A stretch of DNA of 64,000 nt from NCBI GenBank assembly GCA_022071965.1, contig JAJVIQ010000021.1:1288-65287 (forward strand), given 5' to 3'. Under the pieces are notes generated by a model. It was not told where the DNA came from, did not search any database, and worked only from the letters and a program-made list of their open reading frames with translations. Made by a program: the position numbers and the translations under genes. This document shows, one piece after another, positions 61,636 through 64,000 of this stretch (position 1 is its first letter; every line of letters starts with the position of its first letter). This DNA comes from Gammaproteobacteria bacterium. Lineage in GTDB: Bacteria; Pseudomonadota; Gammaproteobacteria; JAJPIJ01.

Positions 61636-62526
61636 TCAGCCGGCGGCCGTGAAGAGCAGGCCGCGCAGGGTGGCGCTGTCCAGCCGCTGCCGATCCTCCT
61701 GCGTCTTCATGAGGCAGCCCAGCGTGTCGATGATGCGATCGGCGTTCTCGGGCAGCGCGGGGATCTCCAGCGCCATCAGCGCCGCGGCCCAGTCCAGCGT
61801 CTCGGCCACGCCCGGGCGCTTGCGCAGGTCGAGCGCGCGCACGCCATGCACGAACTTCACGACCTGCCGCGCGAGGTGCGCGTTGATCCCGGGCAGCCGG
61901 TTCTCGACGATGCGCAGTTCCTTTTCCACGCCCGGGTAGTCGAGGAAATAGTACAGGCAGCGCCGCCGCAGCGCATCGCTCAGCTCGCGTGTGGCATTGG
62001 AGGTGAGCATCACGTGCGGAATCGAGCGCGCGCGGATGGTGCCGAGCTCCGGGATGCTCACCTGCCAGTCCGAGAGCAGCTCGAGCAGATAGGCCTCGAA
62101 CTGCTCGTCGGCACGATCGATCTCGTCGATCAGCAGCACCGGCGGCTTGTCCTGCGTGATCGCCTTCAACAGCGGGCGCGGCAGCAGGAAGCGCTCGCTG
62201 AAGATCTCCGCCTCGGTCTGCGCGACGGAACGGTCGGACTGCTCCTGCAGCTTCATCGCCAGCAACTGATGGGCGTAGTTCCACTCGTAGACGGCCTGGC
62301 CGACGTCCAGGCCCTCGTAGCATTGCAGCCGGATCACCCGGGTGTCGTGCGCGGCCGCGTAGGCCTGCGCCAGCGCCGTCTTGCCGACGCCGGCATCGCC
62401 CTCGAGCAGCAACGGGCGATCGAGGCCTTCCATGAGCAGCAGTGTGGTGACGAGCGGCCGATCGGCGATGTAACCGGCACGGGCCAGGCGCTCGGACAGG
62501 GCGAGGATATCCTGGCTCGTGGTCAT
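61636..62526 (-). CDS. MoxR-family AAA+ ATPase (CoxD-like)
   Basis: Walker A 'EGDAGVGKTALA', Walker B 'VLLIDEIDRADE', 'MLTSNATRELSDALRRRC' (sensor/Arg finger region). Its stop is 1 nt before the VWA start. Confidence 0.85.
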   Translation of the reverse strand: MTTSQDILALSERLARAGYIADRPLVTTLLLMEGLDRPLLLEGDAGVGKTALAQAYAAAHDTRVIRLQCYEGLDVGQAVYEWNYAHQLLAMKLQEQSDRSVAQTEAEIFSERFLLPRPLLKAITQDKPPVLLIDEIDRADEQFEAYLLELLSDWQVSIPELGTIRARSIPHVMLTSNATRELSDALRRRCLYYFLDYPGVEKELRIVENRLPGINAHLARQVVKFVHGVRALDLRKRPGVAETLDWAAALMALEIPALPENADRIIDTLGCLMKTQEDRQRLDSATLRGLLFTAAG

Positions 62527-62527
62527 C

Positions 62528-63604
62528 TCAGCGCGCCTCTGCGCCGGCGGTGCGTTCGATGCGCGCATGCAACGCCCTGGTGCGATGGAACGCGGCGATC
62601 GATTCATGCACGAAGGTGAGCTTGCTGGTGATCTTCTCGGTGAGCACGAACGGGTAGGCGTCGTGCTGCCCGACGCTGCGATTCATCTCATTGAGCATGA
62701 TGGTGAGCGTGGACCAGTCCGAGAGGCAGAGCTGGAAGTCGTCCTTGCCGAGGGTCAGCTCCGTGAGCCCGAAGACGCCCGCGGTCTCCATCGCGTCGGC
62801 GATGTGCAGGTAATGCGCCCAGGTCTCGGCCCAGTCCTCCCAGGGATGGGCGCGGCTGTAGGGACTGATGTAATCGCCGTGCCAGCGGGCCTTGTCGGCC
62901 TGGGCATAGTATGCCTTCAGGGCCGCGCCGTAGTCGGTGCGCTCGTCGCCGAAGACGACGCGAAAGTTCTGCAGCCGATCGGTCCCCTGCACCACGGTGC
63001 GCCAGTAGTAGTGACCGCTCTCGTGGCGGAAATGCCCGAGCAGCGTGCGGTAAGCCTCCATCATATCGATGCGCGCGGACTCGCGCGCGGCCGGATCGGC
63101 CTCCATCATGTTCACGGTGATGAGCCCGTTCAGGTGACCGGTGCCGACGTAATCCTCCTCGGCCCTGGGGTTGTAGCGCCGGTCGTCGCGGAAGGCGAAG
63201 GCCAGCCCCGAGTCCGGATCCTGCAGCTTGCTGACGATCGGCAGCCGAAGCTCCAGCAGCGTGTAGAGCATGCGGCGCTTGGCCGCCTCCATGTTCGTCC
63301 ACCACAGTTGATAGCGCGGTTCCTCGAGACTCGGCACCTCCTGGTTCAGATTGCAGGCCAGGCAGTACTGCGCCGGGTCCTGGGCCGGCAGCAGCCAATT
63401 GCAGACGTGATGGACGTGATAGTTCCGGCACAGGTGATAGCCGCGGTGCGGCTCGCCGGCGTCGCGGTAGGTGCGCCCCTGCTGCGGGTCGAGCGCGACC
63501 ATGGCGCTGCGCGCCGGGTCGAAGCCCAGCTTGCGCTTGCAACCCAGGCACTCGGTGTTCTCGAAAAACACCCGCCACCCGCAGGTACAGTGGTACGCCT
63601 TCAT
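62528..63604 (-). CDS. Zinc-ribbon + putative zinc metallopeptidase (HExxH) protein
   Basis: N-terminal Cys pairs 'CTCG...CLGC' and 'HHVCNW...CLAC'. 'FRHESGHYYW' HExxH, then 'HPWEDWAETWAHY'. Start at 63604 (MKAYHCTCG) is inside the tracked ORF. Its stop sits just above the MoxR start (62526). Confidence 0.7.
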   Translation of the reverse strand: MKAYHCTCGWRVFFENTECLGCKRKLGFDPARSAMVALDPQQGRTYRDAGEPHRGYHLCRNYHVHHVCNWLLPAQDPAQYCLACNLNQEVPSLEEPRYQLWWTNMEAAKRRMLYTLLELRLPIVSKLQDPDSGLAFAFRDDRRYNPRAEEDYVGTGHLNGLITVNMMEADPAARESARIDMMEAYRTLLGHFRHESGHYYWRTVVQGTDRLQNFRVVFGDERTDYGAALKAYYAQADKARWHGDYISPYSRAHPWEDWAETWAHYLHIADAMETAGVFGLTELTLGKDDFQLCLSDWSTLTIMLNEMNRSVGQHDAYPFVLTEKITSKLTFVHESIAAFHRTRALHARIERTAGAEAR

Positions 63605-64000
63605 TCGGGCTCGAGTCTCGCAGATCGCCGTCATATTCCCGCGACCGCTGCAGGGGCGGCGCCGGATCCGACGCACGATAGCATAGCCGGGCATCGCCGC
63701 CGTTTCGCCCCGGGCGATCGATGCGCGGCGATACGGGTTGCACCGCACCATGACGTGGCAGCCGGATATTGGCGAGCCTCGACCGGTCGCCGGAAGGAAT
63801 GGCGGGTCAGGGATTACGGCGCGGATATCGTAACGGGCCCACCCATGCCTTCGGTTCATGGTCGGTGCAACGCCCCGGGATGACGCGTGACGGGGGTGGC
63901 CATGTGGCCCCTGTTCGTGATCCGCATACCGCGCCCGCCATGTGGAATGTAAGCATGTACTCATGCCCAGCCGCCGATGGTCAGGGCATGCGGATCGGCA

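Overview
A 64-kb, high-GC (about two-thirds G+C by eye) chromosomal segment with gammaproteobacterial core synteny: birA-coaX-SPOR-tRNA, rph | yicC-gmk-rpoZ-spoT-ridA-recG-ubiC-ubiA-ogt, and mutS-fdxA / htpG. I can support about 62 protein-coding genes and one tRNA-Thr(UGU). I found no rRNA, CRISPR array, transposase, integrase or phage genes. The left end holds sulfur assimilation genes (tauE-like, cysB, Grx-like, APS reductase cysH, sseA). Most of the very long ORFs in the six-frame track are antisense shadow ORFs typical of high-GC DNA. Several true genes start well inside the tracked ORFs, and I re-derived those starts by hand. The most interesting part is a dense signalling neighbourhood at about 35.5-49.2 kb. 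(i) A co-directional, largely translationally coupled gene string runs rsxE-like, nth, DUF1841, GAF-PP2C (RsbU-like), RsbW-like kinase, phosphorylatable STAS protein, MlaE/MlaF/MCE/PqiC-like transporter, and ends in a CHASE2 class III nucleotide cyclase. No sigma factor is encoded nearby. (ii) A convergent operon encodes a second CHASE2 sensor fused to a Ser/Thr kinase, a PP2C phosphatase and a double-FHA protein. I read this as a candidate phospho- and cNMP-controlled envelope lipid-transport system, and the function is inference only. Secondary leads are: a MoxR-AAA+/VWA(CoxE-like)/zinc-ribbon metallopeptidase/amidohydrolase cluster (59.6-63.6 kb), an AT-rich islet with a small basic ORF and an orphan palindrome/terminator (57.8-58.1 kb), two further FHA proteins (one a vWA-TM-FHA), an orphan rsxE, an atypical LuxR-type receiver, and REP-like intergenic repeats. 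All family assignments come from motif recognition by eye, with no database search.
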